A stretch of 58,367 nt of DNA, filler included, from Thelocarpon superellum (taxonomy: Eukaryota), in the NCBI GenBank assembly GCA_026025795.1. It is 5 parts of 5 records of this genome, joined end to end, with 100 filler letters (N's around TTAATTAATTAA, not from the genome) between each part and the next. Parts side by side here need not be neighbours in the genome. Positions count along the whole stretch, not along the records: positions 23,557 to 35,185 come from JAPEUG010000498.1; 4 more parts are not named here. One strand, given 5' to 3'. The notes beneath the pieces are model-generated. The model was given only the letters and a program-made list of their open reading frames with translations. It ran no database searches and was not told the origin of the DNA. Of this stretch, positions 24,089 to 35,285 are shown piece by piece. The translations under genes and the position numbers were made by a program. Numbering within the stretch: position 1 is the first letter of the stretch; every line of letters starts with the position of its first letter.

Positions 24089-27000
24089 TCACGCAGCCAC
24101 GATACTCTCCGGACTCATCATCCCCACCATCCCGCCTCCTCTGCCACCATCCACCCCGTGACCTCCCACGCCATCTTCCTTGTCGCTGTCGCGCGTGTCG
24201 TGTCCGCCCTTCTTGTCGGGCAAAGACACCCCCAGTCCCGTGAGGTGGGACGTCGGCATCGCGAGTTTGAGTTTGGACGCCGCGTGCCCGACCGTCGCCA
24301 TCGACTTGATCCCTAGGTCGCCGCCGCCTGGGCCGCCGCCGCCGCCGCCACCACCACCGTGGTCCGTCTTCTTCTTCTTGGCTTTGTTGCCGCCCTGCTC
24401 CTTGAGCGGTCGCTTGCGCGGACTTGAGATCTTGCCGGTCGGGGGCAGCCGCGGTTTGGGGAATCGTTGCTTCTGCGGTAGGTCGTCGTCCTCCACCAGC
24501 GCTTCGTCGTTGTTGGCGTGCAGCTTGGCCAGGAAGAAATTCTGCACGATGCCAATCTCCGCCTTCAACGACTGCAGCGTCACCGGTTCGTAGGGCGGAA
24601 GCGCGTCCAGGTTCGACGACGAGATGATGGCCGTGCTGTGATGCGTTAGTCTTGTTGGCCGTGCTGTGATGGCCGGTAGGCTCAACGTACCTCGTGTTCT
24701 GCGCTTGATAGGCGTTGTGCATCCGGTTCTGCAGCAGATGCAACGGCACCCCCAGACTCGGGAGATTCAGCTCGCGGTCCAGGCCGAGCTCCTTGAAGCC
24801 AAAGAAATCCTCGTCCAGCTCTCCGGCAAAGTCGCCGCCGACGAATTGCTCGCTGCCGTCTTTGAAGGCATTCGAGCCGTCGGGACCACCATCGGCGAGG
24901 GCCGGTCGCTGCAAAACATGTCGTTAGTCCCTTGTCTGGTCTCGCGCGTGCGTCCACGCTTACCAGAAGATCCGCCAGATGCGCCCGCATGCGCTCATGC
25001 ATCACGCCCAGCTTCGATCCCATCCGATCCACGTCGTCCTTCACGTAGCTCTCCAATCCCTCGACGTCCAGTCCGTTCTCGTGCAAGCAGTGCAGAATGG
25101 ACTCCTCGTACGTGAACTTTTCCTTCCACCGCGTCGTGCCCGTCGCCACCGTCTCCCCGTCCGCTGGGGCGGGGGCGAGAGCCGGGGCGGGAGCGGCAGC
25201 GGTGGCAGCGACCGTACCTGGCGCGGTCACAGACACCGTCGAGACCGGCACCTTGGGCGCCTCGCGATAGACGCCCAGCGTGCGGGCGAGCTTGGTGAAG
25301 AAGTCGCTGGCAATATCGGTGATGGCGTCCAGCGCGGCGGGCTGAAACTCCTCAAAGCCAGCGTGGTAGAAGATCTTGCCCACCGATCGCTGCAGCGCCG
25401 CCCGACACACCCAGTGGCTCATGATCGGACCGTCATCCGACACCACGACAGTCGGCACGTCCTCCTCGGCAAAGGGCTCGGGCTGGTACTTCTGGAACTG
25501 GTTTTGATACATCTGCGGGGTCAAGAAGGTCAGCGTGGTCCCCTGCCATACCCGCGCCACGGCATGCCTACCTGCGACTGGAGCTGCATCTGTTTGATGA
25601 CGCCGATCTTGGAGCAGATCTTGCGCGTCTCCTGCATCTGTCGCATGTTGGCCTCCATCTTGCTGGTGAGCGTGCTCGATGGCGCGGTGAAGTGTCCCTG
25701 GGGCACGATGCGGAGATATTCCTCGGAAGCGTCGACGACCTGTCCGTCGGCATCCTCGACCCAGCGCAGGCGTTCGGGGATGTCGGGGATGGCGCCCAAA
25801 ATGTCGTAATAGTCCGGGAGCACGCGTTCGTCCTCACCCTCCATGCCCTCCGCCAAGGTCTCGCCCGCGGCGGCATCGTCGTTTTCCTTGGCCTCCTCGA
25901 CGCTCTGCCCGGTGGCGCCCTCGGCGACGGCATGTCGTTGGTTGCGCTGCCAGCGGCGCATGCCGGCCTTGGTGCGCAACAGGGCGGGCTCGTCGGGGCT
26001 CAGCTGATTGCCCTTGAACAGTCGATGGCGCTCGGCGGCGACGATGGCGCGGTCCCTCTTGGTGACCTGCTTCCACGTCTTGTACTCGAGGTCGTCTACC
26101 TCGACCTCATCCGCCCCGGCCACGCCCGGCCCAAGACCGAGGCCGTTGACGGACGCGCCAAAGCCGTCAATCTCCATCGCGTCGGGCTGACTGCCGGGTG
26201 GGACGTTGGTCATGAGACCGTTGACCCCGCCGGCGGGGGTGATGGAGCCAGCGGCGCCAGGCGGCGGGGTCGACAGGCCGTTCTGACTGCCCTCCATGGG
26301 GGCGTCGGACTCGACCCGCAGCATGTCGACGGACGTGGGCTTTGCGTCGCCCGCGGCGGCGGGACCGTCGGCGGCGTGGGTGGGGGCCTTGCGGCCGGTG
26401 CTGCCGCCCTTCTTGGCCTTCTTGCCCGGGGCCTTGCGGCCGCGCGACGACATGATGGGCTCATCATCGCTCTCCTCGCCGCCGTCGGCGTCACCGTCGA
26501 GCCCGCCGTTCTGCATGCGGCGCTCCTCGGCCTCGACCTCGGCGCGATCGCGGATGACGACATCGGGGATCAGGGGGACCAGCTTGTCCGTCTCCTTGCG
26601 CATGGACAGGGCATGCTTCCGCAGGAAGTGAGAGGGATCGGCATTGTACTTGAGGCAATTGGCCCAGATGAGGTTGAGGTCGTCGACAAAGTCCTGCTTG
26701 GACTTGTAGGCCAGCGACTTGAGCTTCTTGGTCATGGTGCCAAGGTCCATGGGCTGCTTGATGACGTTGTAATAGTCGGGGGCCTCGCGCTTGTTGACGC
26801 GTGTCAGAAAGGCGGTCGAGTGCTCCGTCATGGCCTTGAGCTCGCTGAGCACCTTCTCCGCCGCCTCGTACAGCTCCTCCTGCCCGACGCGGTCCTCGCT
26901 GGCCCACTTGCTGCGGTTCTTGCGCACCTCGCTCATCAGGCTGCGCAGCTCGGCGTCGGAAGCGCGGACGCGGGCGCGTTTGGTGTCGATGCGGGCGATC

Positions 27001-27914
27001 AGGTGCTTCAGCGTCAGGCTCGAGGCGCCCAGGTTGGCGGAGCTGAGCTTGCCCGGTTGCTCGCCCGGGGCGCCGCCATGGGCGGTCTGGGCCGCTGCAC
27101 CACCCGCGTGCGTGGACATCTCGGCCTCGACCTGGCGGTCCAGCTCATCCAAGCGCTGCTGCTCCAGCATCGCGTCCCGGTCATTCTCCAACGTATAGAA
27201 GAGGGTGTGAAAAGTCCGCTTGGCCGCGTCCTCGGCCGCCTTCTTGTCCTGCTCCAGCATCTTGCGCACCTCCTCGGACGTCTGTGCGGGCTCGGGCGGC
27301 CCCGCGGGCTTGGCAATGGGCGGCGGGGGTCGGGAGGATGATTTGCTCGGGGAGGCTTGGGCGGCCATGGCGGCGGCAGCAGCGGCGGCGGCCTTGGCCT
27401 TGGCCTTGAGGGGCGACGCGTCGCCGGGACCCTCGTCGGCCTCATCCTCGTCATCATCGTAATCGTCGTAGTCGTCCTCGTCTATGTTGCGCGCCGGCTT
27501 CTTGGGCGCCGGTGCGGGGGCCAATGGGTCGCGACCGCCCGCAAGGGGGGCAGGGGCCGGGATAGGGGCGCCGTCCGTGGGTGCATCCCGGGCCGTGCCG
27601 TGATCGCCGGGGCGGAACAGGGACGCGATGCGCGCCTCGCTGCGGGTGTAGAGATCGCGAAAGATCTGGACGGCGGCGTCAGCATCCCCTGTGAGGTCGC
27701 CATCGACCGCGGACATGTTGGCGGACTCCGGGGGGCCGTCAGGGAACAGATGGGGGGTGCGGGACCGGGACCAGGCCGGATCTGGTCCATTGGCCTGGGC
27801 GGGGGCACGACCGTCGACTCGCGCTTTGGTCGGCGGCGTCGGCGCAGCCGGCGGAAAGGAAGGATGGGGGGAAGAGCGATGGCGATGGGTCGGGATCGCG
27901 CTGGACGAGGACAT
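24089..27914 (-). CDS. SPT7: SAGA complex bromodomain subunit Spt7 (multi-exon)
   Basis: [26 protein letters not shown], bromodomain [34 protein letters not shown], histone-fold region [42 protein letters not shown] and [10 protein letters not shown]. Confidence 0.95.
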
Positions 27915-28882
27915 GTTCAGATCTCTGATCTTTCGCTAGCGTCGGCGCGAGGCGTCGCTCTCGCCCGCCGTAGTCGTCCTGGCGCGGCGCGGCGCGCAGT
28001 GTCGGGCGCTCGCCCCGTGGGCCGCACCGGAGGCGCTGGCAAGATCGAGCCCTCCACGCTCCAGGGCGTGTCGGACAGCGGATAAGATGGGGCTAGGTAG
28101 GTGATGGCATGATGGACCGTGCCTGGGACGGGTCATGGAGATGCCCCGCGATGGATGGGGGATGGTGGTCGATGGAACGGGGCGATGGCGAACTCATCGG
28201 CTGGGCGGTTCGCGGGGAGAGAAGGGGCGATGTCGTTCCCAGTAGCCGTGGTGGGAGTGGTGGTGGTAGGGAGAGTAAGAGCGGTGCGAGCCCTCGAGTC
28301 GCCTTCGTTAGTTAGAGGCTCTTTACCTAAGACTCCCGCTGGACACCTAACGGTAACATCGGGCGAAAGACGAACACGGGCCGGCCACGGGCCAGCTACG
28401 GTGGCCTAGGGAGTACGCCAGGGTACGCCAGGGTAAGAAGTCCGCTGCAGGTGCGACACAAAGTGCGTGTTTAGCGGTGATGGCCGACCGTACCCTGTCC
28501 AGCGAGCTGCTGAGCTGCCACCTGAGTTCGTGGCCACCGTGCTGGAACTATGCACGCGGCGTGGTGGTGGCCGGGTAAGGAGCAGTGTCACACGTGGCTA
28601 GTTGTCGGTCCTGGACGCAACTCCATCAATGGGTGCACGTACCGGCGCTCCTCGCTGGAGAGCTTACCGTTAGGTGAAGCTCTAGGGGACCTATGGCGAC
28701 AATCAACAGCACCGACGCTTACCAGACGTGGGCACGTTTGACCATGTAGATTCCCCTCACACACCATCACGTCCATCTCCTCATCCTCCTCCACGGCCTT
28801 CCGTCTTCCATCATCGAGCTCAATGTCTGGTCAGGCTTCACCCACACCGGTTGGACCTTGACCCTCGCACCCCTCATCGACC

Positions 28883-29691
28883 ATGCGCATTCGCCTCCCC
28901 TTTGCAGGTTTGTACCAAGTCGCCCCCTGGCCGCGATCGGATCGATTTGGTTGGGAGTGCTGGCTGACCATGGTGTCTCTTGACAGGCGCCTTTCTGGTG
29001 CTGCTCCTGGTGTCGGCCTACGTGGGTCTCACCAGTCTCCAGATCACGCTGGTCAATGACAAGGTCTTGCACTTTGTCGACTTCTTCGTCCTGACGGTAT
29101 GTGGGACATCGGGGTCAACTTGACTCCGCTGATCGTGGTATGCTTAATGCAGCTCTGCTTCTACTGGGTGCTGGACACCACGCGACGGCGTGTGCTGAAC
29201 TTTACCCTCGTCGTGTGCACGGCGATCCTGGGGCTAGGCTCAGAGGTGGTGCAAGGACTACTTCCCGTGAGTTGCTCCATTCCATCTGCATCCTTCTTAC
29301 TGATCTCTCCTCGCAGAATGGCCGCGTCTTTGACGTTTACGATATTCTCGCCAACGTCCTCGGCTCCTTGGCGGCCCTGGCGCTCTGCAGTTGGTACCAC
29401 AAGCGGATGCTAGATCGCAAACGGCAATCCAAACATTACCACATGGTCCCCGGCGAAGAAGAAGGGGGCGACGTCGAGCTCGGGGAAGGGTTGGAGGGGC
29501 GTGCGACCGACACTAACCCGACCGCACCGTCGCTCGAGGCCGAACTCGACCACTGGGACGAGAACGCAGAGGACCACTGGGACGAGGATGGAGATGGCGA
29601 GACGGGCGAAGGGCCCCCAGACGCCAAAGTGACCAAGACGGAAAACGGGATTGGCAAAACGGCGGAATATAAGGCCGATGTGGTTTCATGA
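28883..29691 (+). CDS. VanZ-like small membrane protein with acidic C-terminal tail (4 exons)
   Basis: Spliced MRIRLPFA|GAFLVLLLVSAYVGL..NDKVLHFVDFFVLT|LCFYWVLDTTRRR..GSEVVQGLLP|NGRVFDVYDILANVLGS. The DK.LH, SE..Q and R.FD..DI.AN..G motifs are the VanZ signature. Confidence 0.85.
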
Positions 29692-30356
29692 GTGCCCGAG
29701 CGGGCGACGACTCGGGGCAAGGATACGATGACTCGGTCGCCTTATGTGGAGGCTTGGCGTTCTTGAGCAGATGATGTATGACTGCGAGGCAAAGGAACAT
29801 TGAGCTTGACATTCTTTCGTTGAGCAGGAGTGACTTGTGCGTCGTATCGTAGAATCGACCCAAGTTTGAGCTCCGTGCCACTGACTACGACAGGAACGAT
29901 AGCACGACGTACTGTAGTAGTACTGGAGTAGTAAGTTATACCGGTGCAGCGCGGTACTCTGGCTCAGGCAAGCTGCAAACGACCCCACCAAACCTCTCGG
30001 TCCACTTCCCCCTCCACCTTGACCCGACGCAAGTCAAGCCACCATCAGCAGGACCCAGCAATCAGCGATTGACCGCCGTGTATATTTCATCCTTATCCTT
30101 GTCCTGAATCCCGTACATCATTCATCATCACATCTACATGTATCTCTTCCTCGGCGTCTTTGCGCGCCGGGCCAAGTCAATTGCCTGATCTACCCCCACT
30201 ACCACATCACCCCTCCACCCGCCTCCACTCCACTCCACTCCACTCCACCCCGCTCCGCACCACTCCACCGCATTCGATCCCGTTCCATTCCGTTCCGTTC
30301 CGCTCCGCCCACCCTATCGATTTGAATCTCAGTCCCCTTCTGTCAATCAAGCTCCC

Positions 30357-31586
30357 ATGACCTCGCCGTCACCAAAGCGCAAACGCGGCACTCCGGCGCC
30401 AGTGCACGGAGATCGGGAGCGGGAAGGTGAACAGCTTCCCCACCGCGGCCTGCATGGCCTCGACTCCCTCCCCATCCGGCGCGATGTCCACTCCACACTC
30501 GAATCCGTCCCGCGTGACGCACACCCAACCCTCGCGTCCATCCGCCACGACGGCGCGCATACGCCCGAAGCGCTCCGGCGGGACCACAGTCCCCGTGCCC
30601 GCGTGGCGCACCAGCTTGCGGATCTGGATTTGCGAAGTAATGTTCATGACGCCGGTGTTCCTCCTTCTTCTTCTCCTTTGCTTGCTGGGACGTTGCCAGT
30701 GCCGGCAAACGTACCTCGCGAGAACAACGACGACGCGGTTGAAGAAAAGGGCGTTGCGGATGAAGAGAAGGAAGAGCGACAGGAGGAGAAGGTCAACGAA
30801 GTCGATATGGGAGACGAGGACGAAGAAGCCTCTAGTTCCAGCACAGGCACGAAGAAGATGAAACTACACCAAACCACGCCTCCTTCTACACCATCATCCC
30901 TCCCGCACCATCGCCGTTTGCCCTCTCCACCTCCACCCGCACCGTCATCGTCCACGACCACCACCTTCTCCTCCTCCTCCTCGTCATCACATGCCAACGG
31001 CAATCCCAGCACAGCCCAAAATGGCCCCCTCGCCAACGACGCTCCCGCCACCAATGGCGAAGGAGACGAGGACGAAGACGACGGCGAAGGCCTCAACGGC
31101 ATCGGATTCCGCCCTTCGCCTGCGCTAGCTTGGGCACGCACGGAGCGGCGCAAGGCGCAAGTACAAGAATACAAGAGCCGTGAGGCGCGCGAAGCCCGTC
31201 GACTACGGAATCAGCGCCGAAGGGCCCTGAGCTCTTCCACTACCAACGGGAGCGCTACCGCTAGCGGGGGTGGTGGCAGTGGCAGGAGGAGTGTCAATGG
31301 GAATGTTAGTGGTAGTGGGAGTGGTAGTGGGAGCGGAGGCAACAACAAGGACCATCTTAGCGACGAAATGGCGGTGGGAGACCAAGAAGCCGTACAGGAA
31401 GAAGACTGGGAGCTAAGACGGGCGGAAATGCCGGGGGAAGGAATGGGAGAGGGAGGGGAGGGGGATGTAGATGCAGAATTGGACGAGGAACGGAGACGGA
31501 GACTCCGTCAAAGACGGAGAGCTAGTACCGCCACGCGACATGTGCGCTTCCTCGAGGTTGCGACAGAGGTTACATCTTTCAGATAG
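30357..31586 (+). CDS. Hypothetical, largely disordered protein (409 aa)
   Basis: Single long ATG-started ORF with an N-terminal PKRKR NLS-like motif, acidic and S/G-rich tracts, and one ordered-looking block DDGEGLNGIGFRPSPALAWARTERRKAQVQEYKSREAREAR. Confidence 0.75.
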   Translation: MTSPSPKRKRGTPAPVHGDREREGEQLPHRGLHGLDSLPIRRDVHSTLESVPRDAHPTLASIRHDGAHTPEALRRDHSPRARVAHQLADLDLRSNVHDAGVPPSSSPLLAGTLPVPANVPRENNDDAVEEKGVADEEKEERQEEKVNEVDMGDEDEEASSSSTGTKKMKLHQTTPPSTPSSLPHHRRLPSPPPPAPSSSTTTTFSSSSSSSHANGNPSTAQNGPLANDAPATNGEGDEDEDDGEGLNGIGFRPSPALAWARTERRKAQVQEYKSREAREARRLRNQRRRALSSSTTNGSATASGGGGSGRRSVNGNVSGSGSGSGSGGNNKDHLSDEMAVGDQEAVQEEDWELRRAEMPGEGMGEGGEGDVDAELDEERRRRLRQRRRASTATRHVRFLEVATEVTSFR

Positions 31587-31999
31587 AAACGGGGGCGGTG
31601 GGGAGAGGAGTAGGCCTCGGTGGAGCAAGCGGGAGAAGGGAAGGGGGGATCTTCGGGATATGGCAACAGGGACGGGATAAGACTTGCCAGATGCGATGTG
31701 TCACAATCTCATTCATTCATCCATCCTCATTCTTTTGCTTCCCTCTCTGTCTCCTCGTCAGTCCTCCGTCGTCCAATAGCTGTAGGTACAACCAATCCAT
31801 CATTCTTCCTCGCCTTTCTGTTCGATCGTGCCACTGTAGGTACAAATACACGTCACGCAGGCCAGACGGACGACACAGGCCAGGCGGACACCAGCCGCAT
31901 CTACTTCAAAAGTCACCAGGAAGACATCGGCGCCGTCGCTGTGCACTCGACGCCGAAAAGGTAGGTACAGTGAACGAGCACCGGAAACGCGGACAGCGG

Positions 32000-33494
32000 T
32001 CAAGCGTCGCTAGTCCCCGTTGGAGGTCTCGTCGGAGGGACTTCCACCAGAGGAACGGGGAGGTCGGGGCGCGGAGGCACCAGGTTCGACGTGGACGGGG
32101 AAGGGGAGGCGTGTCTCGAGTCGAGCGACATCGCCAGCCCAACGTCGCCCTTTCGCTCTTGTCGTTCCACCCACTTCAGCCGGAGCATCTGGTAGATGAA
32201 ATGCAGCTGTCCGTCGCCCTGGACCATCGTCATGCGCTGTTCGCGGAGGCTGTTGACCGTGTCAAAGACGGCGTCGTCGTCCGAGTGGAAGGGTAACTCG
32301 TCGAAGACGCCTTGCTCGAGTTCCGCCAGGAGATGATCGAGCGCGATAAAAGTGCCCGATCGCCCGACGCCCGCACTGCAATGCACCACCCGGGGATTGG
32401 TGCGCTCCACGTTCTTCTCGTTGGAGAGCTTGATGAGTTCCAAGAGCGCCTCGCGGTCCGAGCCCTCGGGCACGCCAAAGTCCGGCCACCCGGTGAAGAG
32501 GAGGTGCCACACGATCTTGCTCTCCTCTCCCACCACGAGCTGCAGTTTGCGCGCGCACGACCGCGATGCCTCGTCGTGCGTCACCTCCAGCAGCGTGACG
32601 CTCGGCGCGAAGCCGTCGCCAAACTCATCGCGGTCGGGCACGGCAAGCGTGGGCTCATCCAAGTGCTCGGGAAAGTACTGCGCACACTTCTCCCGTCCGG
32701 CCTCCATCGTCTGCGTCAACATGACGATGACCGCCGTCGCGCCTGTCTCGTGCCAGATCATGCGCCAGAAGTGGTTGAAGTGTTCCATCTTCGGACCCTG
32801 CCCGTGTCACGTCAACCTCCGACTCGACCCCGGGTCCGTGCTTGCACCTACCTGTGTGGCGATGAATCGTCGCTCCGCTTTGGTCCTGGAATCCGCTAGC
32901 ATGACGGGCGAGGCATTGATGTAATCACACCGGTCCGCCGGGACCTGGAGGTGGATTCGGTGGTGCTTCCACGGCTGCACATTCAGGTACCGGTTGCGCA
33001 GCTTGACCTCGTCATCCGATTCACGATGCCAGCGAACGCCAATCTCCTCTGTGCCAGAGCCTTGATGAAGACGCTCGCGTTGGAGCCACTCTAGTTCTTG
33101 AAACTTCTCTTGGATTTCTACCGGGCGCGGTCAGCCAACGTTGTACGTCAATCGGAGGCCGAGGAGGATGGGGACACATACCCGTCCGACTCTGGCCAAG
33201 GAACAGGGGCAGCAAGGTCGAGTTCATGCTGGGCGTTGGGGTGGGGATCGGCGTCGGCGTCAGCGACATCATGGGCGTGGGTGTGAGCGGGGGCGGGTCG
33301 AGGGGGAGACGTTCTTCCGAGCGCGTCCGGATGGACGATGGAGACGGGAAGACGCGGCTGAGCGGCGAGCGAGAACGTTCACGCGCACGTTTGGACGCCG
33401 GAGCGTTGGGGGGGTGGATGATTTGCAGGGGAGGAGGTGGGCCCGTCATTTTAGACAACGCATCGGCACGTTTCTTCCGCCGGCCCAAGACCAT
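32000..33494 (-). CDS. Classical protein tyrosine phosphatase (Ptp1/Pyp-like), multi-exon
   Basis: RNRYLNVQPW, DYINAS, FIATQ|GP, IVMLT, KCAQYFP, WPD loop, HCSAGVGRSG P-loop and LREQRMTMVQ Q-loop. Start codon uncertain. Confidence 0.92.
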
Positions 33495-34700
33495 GCGGAC
33501 TTTGCGGGCGAAGACGGATTGGAAGTGGAAGTCGGAATTGATGGGGCGAGGGGACTCCAGTTTGCTGGCGACGCACCACCAGCGTCAGCTGGTGATCAGA
33601 GCCGGGGTGAATGTGATGGGGAGGGTTTGCCCCTGGTGCGTGCCGCGATATGTCGTCGAGGAACCAAACGGCTGGGGAAGTGCGCGCGCGGTCGTTGTGG
33701 TGAGTGCGGTGGTGTTGGCTGTGGTGTTGGCTGTGGTGGACGGAGTGGGCAGACGCGTACGTGGAGGTGGAAGATCGCTAGGGATGACGACAAAGGAAAT
33801 GGGGACACGAAGGAGGAGGAAGACGACAAGAGAAATGAGACGAGGGTCGAGAACAATAGACGGTGAGCGCCGGGTGGCTTATCAGGGCTGAGACGACGAG
33901 GCTAGAAGCATAGAGGACGGAGGGGCGGGTACGGTCAGACAAACGTCCTTGTGCGCTCGAGCATCATGACCGTTTGCACTGGGTCAGGGCGAGGAGTTAG
34001 AGTAGGGAGGGTTCAGCGGTGCGTGGTCGGTGCAGGTTCAGAGTTCAACTTTCAACGTGCAACGTTCGATAGCGGTGAGAGAGGTCCGCCTCAGTTGCCG
34101 CATTCGCGTCTGCATCCGCCAGCGCGTGCGCATCAGCATAGTGGAGCAGCGGTCCTGGCACAATGATGGAGTAGCATCAGCTGCACGAGGGCGACGGCGT
34201 GACTCGCAGAGGGAGCTCGATGCCTTCCGATCCATATATAGAGTCGTCGTAGTAAAAGTCCCTTACATCGCCCTTGTTATCGCCAATGGCGTTGCCGCGC
34301 GAGTTTGACGAGCGATAGCCGACCGTCTGTGACAGAGGCCATTACGACCCATGTCTCATAGCGGAGGGCCCTATCCAAGCGGCCGCAGCCGTGGCCTGAC
34401 GTGCATAATCCTCCTCACCCTTCCCTTGTCTTCCATCCCTGAACCGAGGGCCTGAAGGGAACTTTCATTAAACACGTCGGGCCTTGTCCACGCTGCCTCC
34501 GCTGCCTACGCTGCCTACGCCGCCTTGGTCTGCAAGCAGCCCCATCCCTGCGAAACTTGGCGCATGAGGGCTTCCGACCTCTGCAGTGCCGGAGTCCGAC
34601 CGGCGCCGGGAGCTCCCATCGTTACGCCTTGCTTACCCCGTTTCACCCACGCCAGCACGCCCGACTTTGTATAAGCGTGCGTGCAAATGCCATAAGAGTC

Positions 34701-35152
34701 ATGTGGATTCGTATCTTCGAGGTAGGCTCAGTTGATGCGAAGCCGGCCTGGCCTATGCGGCAGACGAACACAACGACTGACGCGTCAAACCATTTGTAGA
34801 CCTGGCTCACCGCGCGAGTACGCCACCGTCGTGATCACTCGACTCTGTCGGTGTGATGAACGTGTACTGACCTCGCAGTTGTTGGCGAGTCCGGCCTTCC
34901 ACCGGGTGGTGAGAGGCCTTCATCGTCGGATCCATGAGATTCGACAGGGGCACGGCGTTGCGGGCGAGGGTGGCGCCAAGATCGAGAGTGCGTCGTTCCA
35001 CACGCCCGACCGCCGAGCTGCTGGAGTGTGGGCGCTAGTACTGACCGTTGCCCGGGGTAGAAACGGGCCCATCCGACACGCAGCTTTTCGTCCGGTATTT
35101 CCTGGAGGAGCTGCGGGATCAGATCCGAGGAGGGCCCCCCAAATCCAAGTAA
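34701..35152 (+). CDS. Small (~79 aa) probable mitochondrial protein, MRX7-like, 4 exons including 21- and 18-nt coding micro-exons
   Basis: Exons 34701-34721, 34800-34817, 34879-34987, 35061-35152 give MWIRIFE-TWLTAR-LLASPAFHRVVRGLHRRIHEIRQG..GGAKIEK-TGPSDTQLFVRYFLEELRDQIRGGPPKSK*. Canonical splice sites with CTGAC branch points. Family call is from recall of the LL.SP.FHR.V motif. Confidence 0.75.
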
Positions 35153-35185
35153 GCGCGATCGGTAGGCAGAGGTTGGTGTTGGTGG

Positions 35186-35285
35186 NNNNNNNNNNNNNNN
35201 NNNNNNNNNNNNNNNNNNNNNNNNNNNNNTTAATTAATTAANNNNNNNNNNNNNNNNNNNNNNNNNNNNNNNNNNNNNNNNNNNN
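35186..35285. other. Artificial contig-joining spacer
   Basis: N44-TTAATTAATTAA-N44. Confidence 0.99.

Noticed and set aside
25692..27341. 549-aa plus-strand ORF
   Set aside because: Antisense shadow of SPT7 with no independent motifs.
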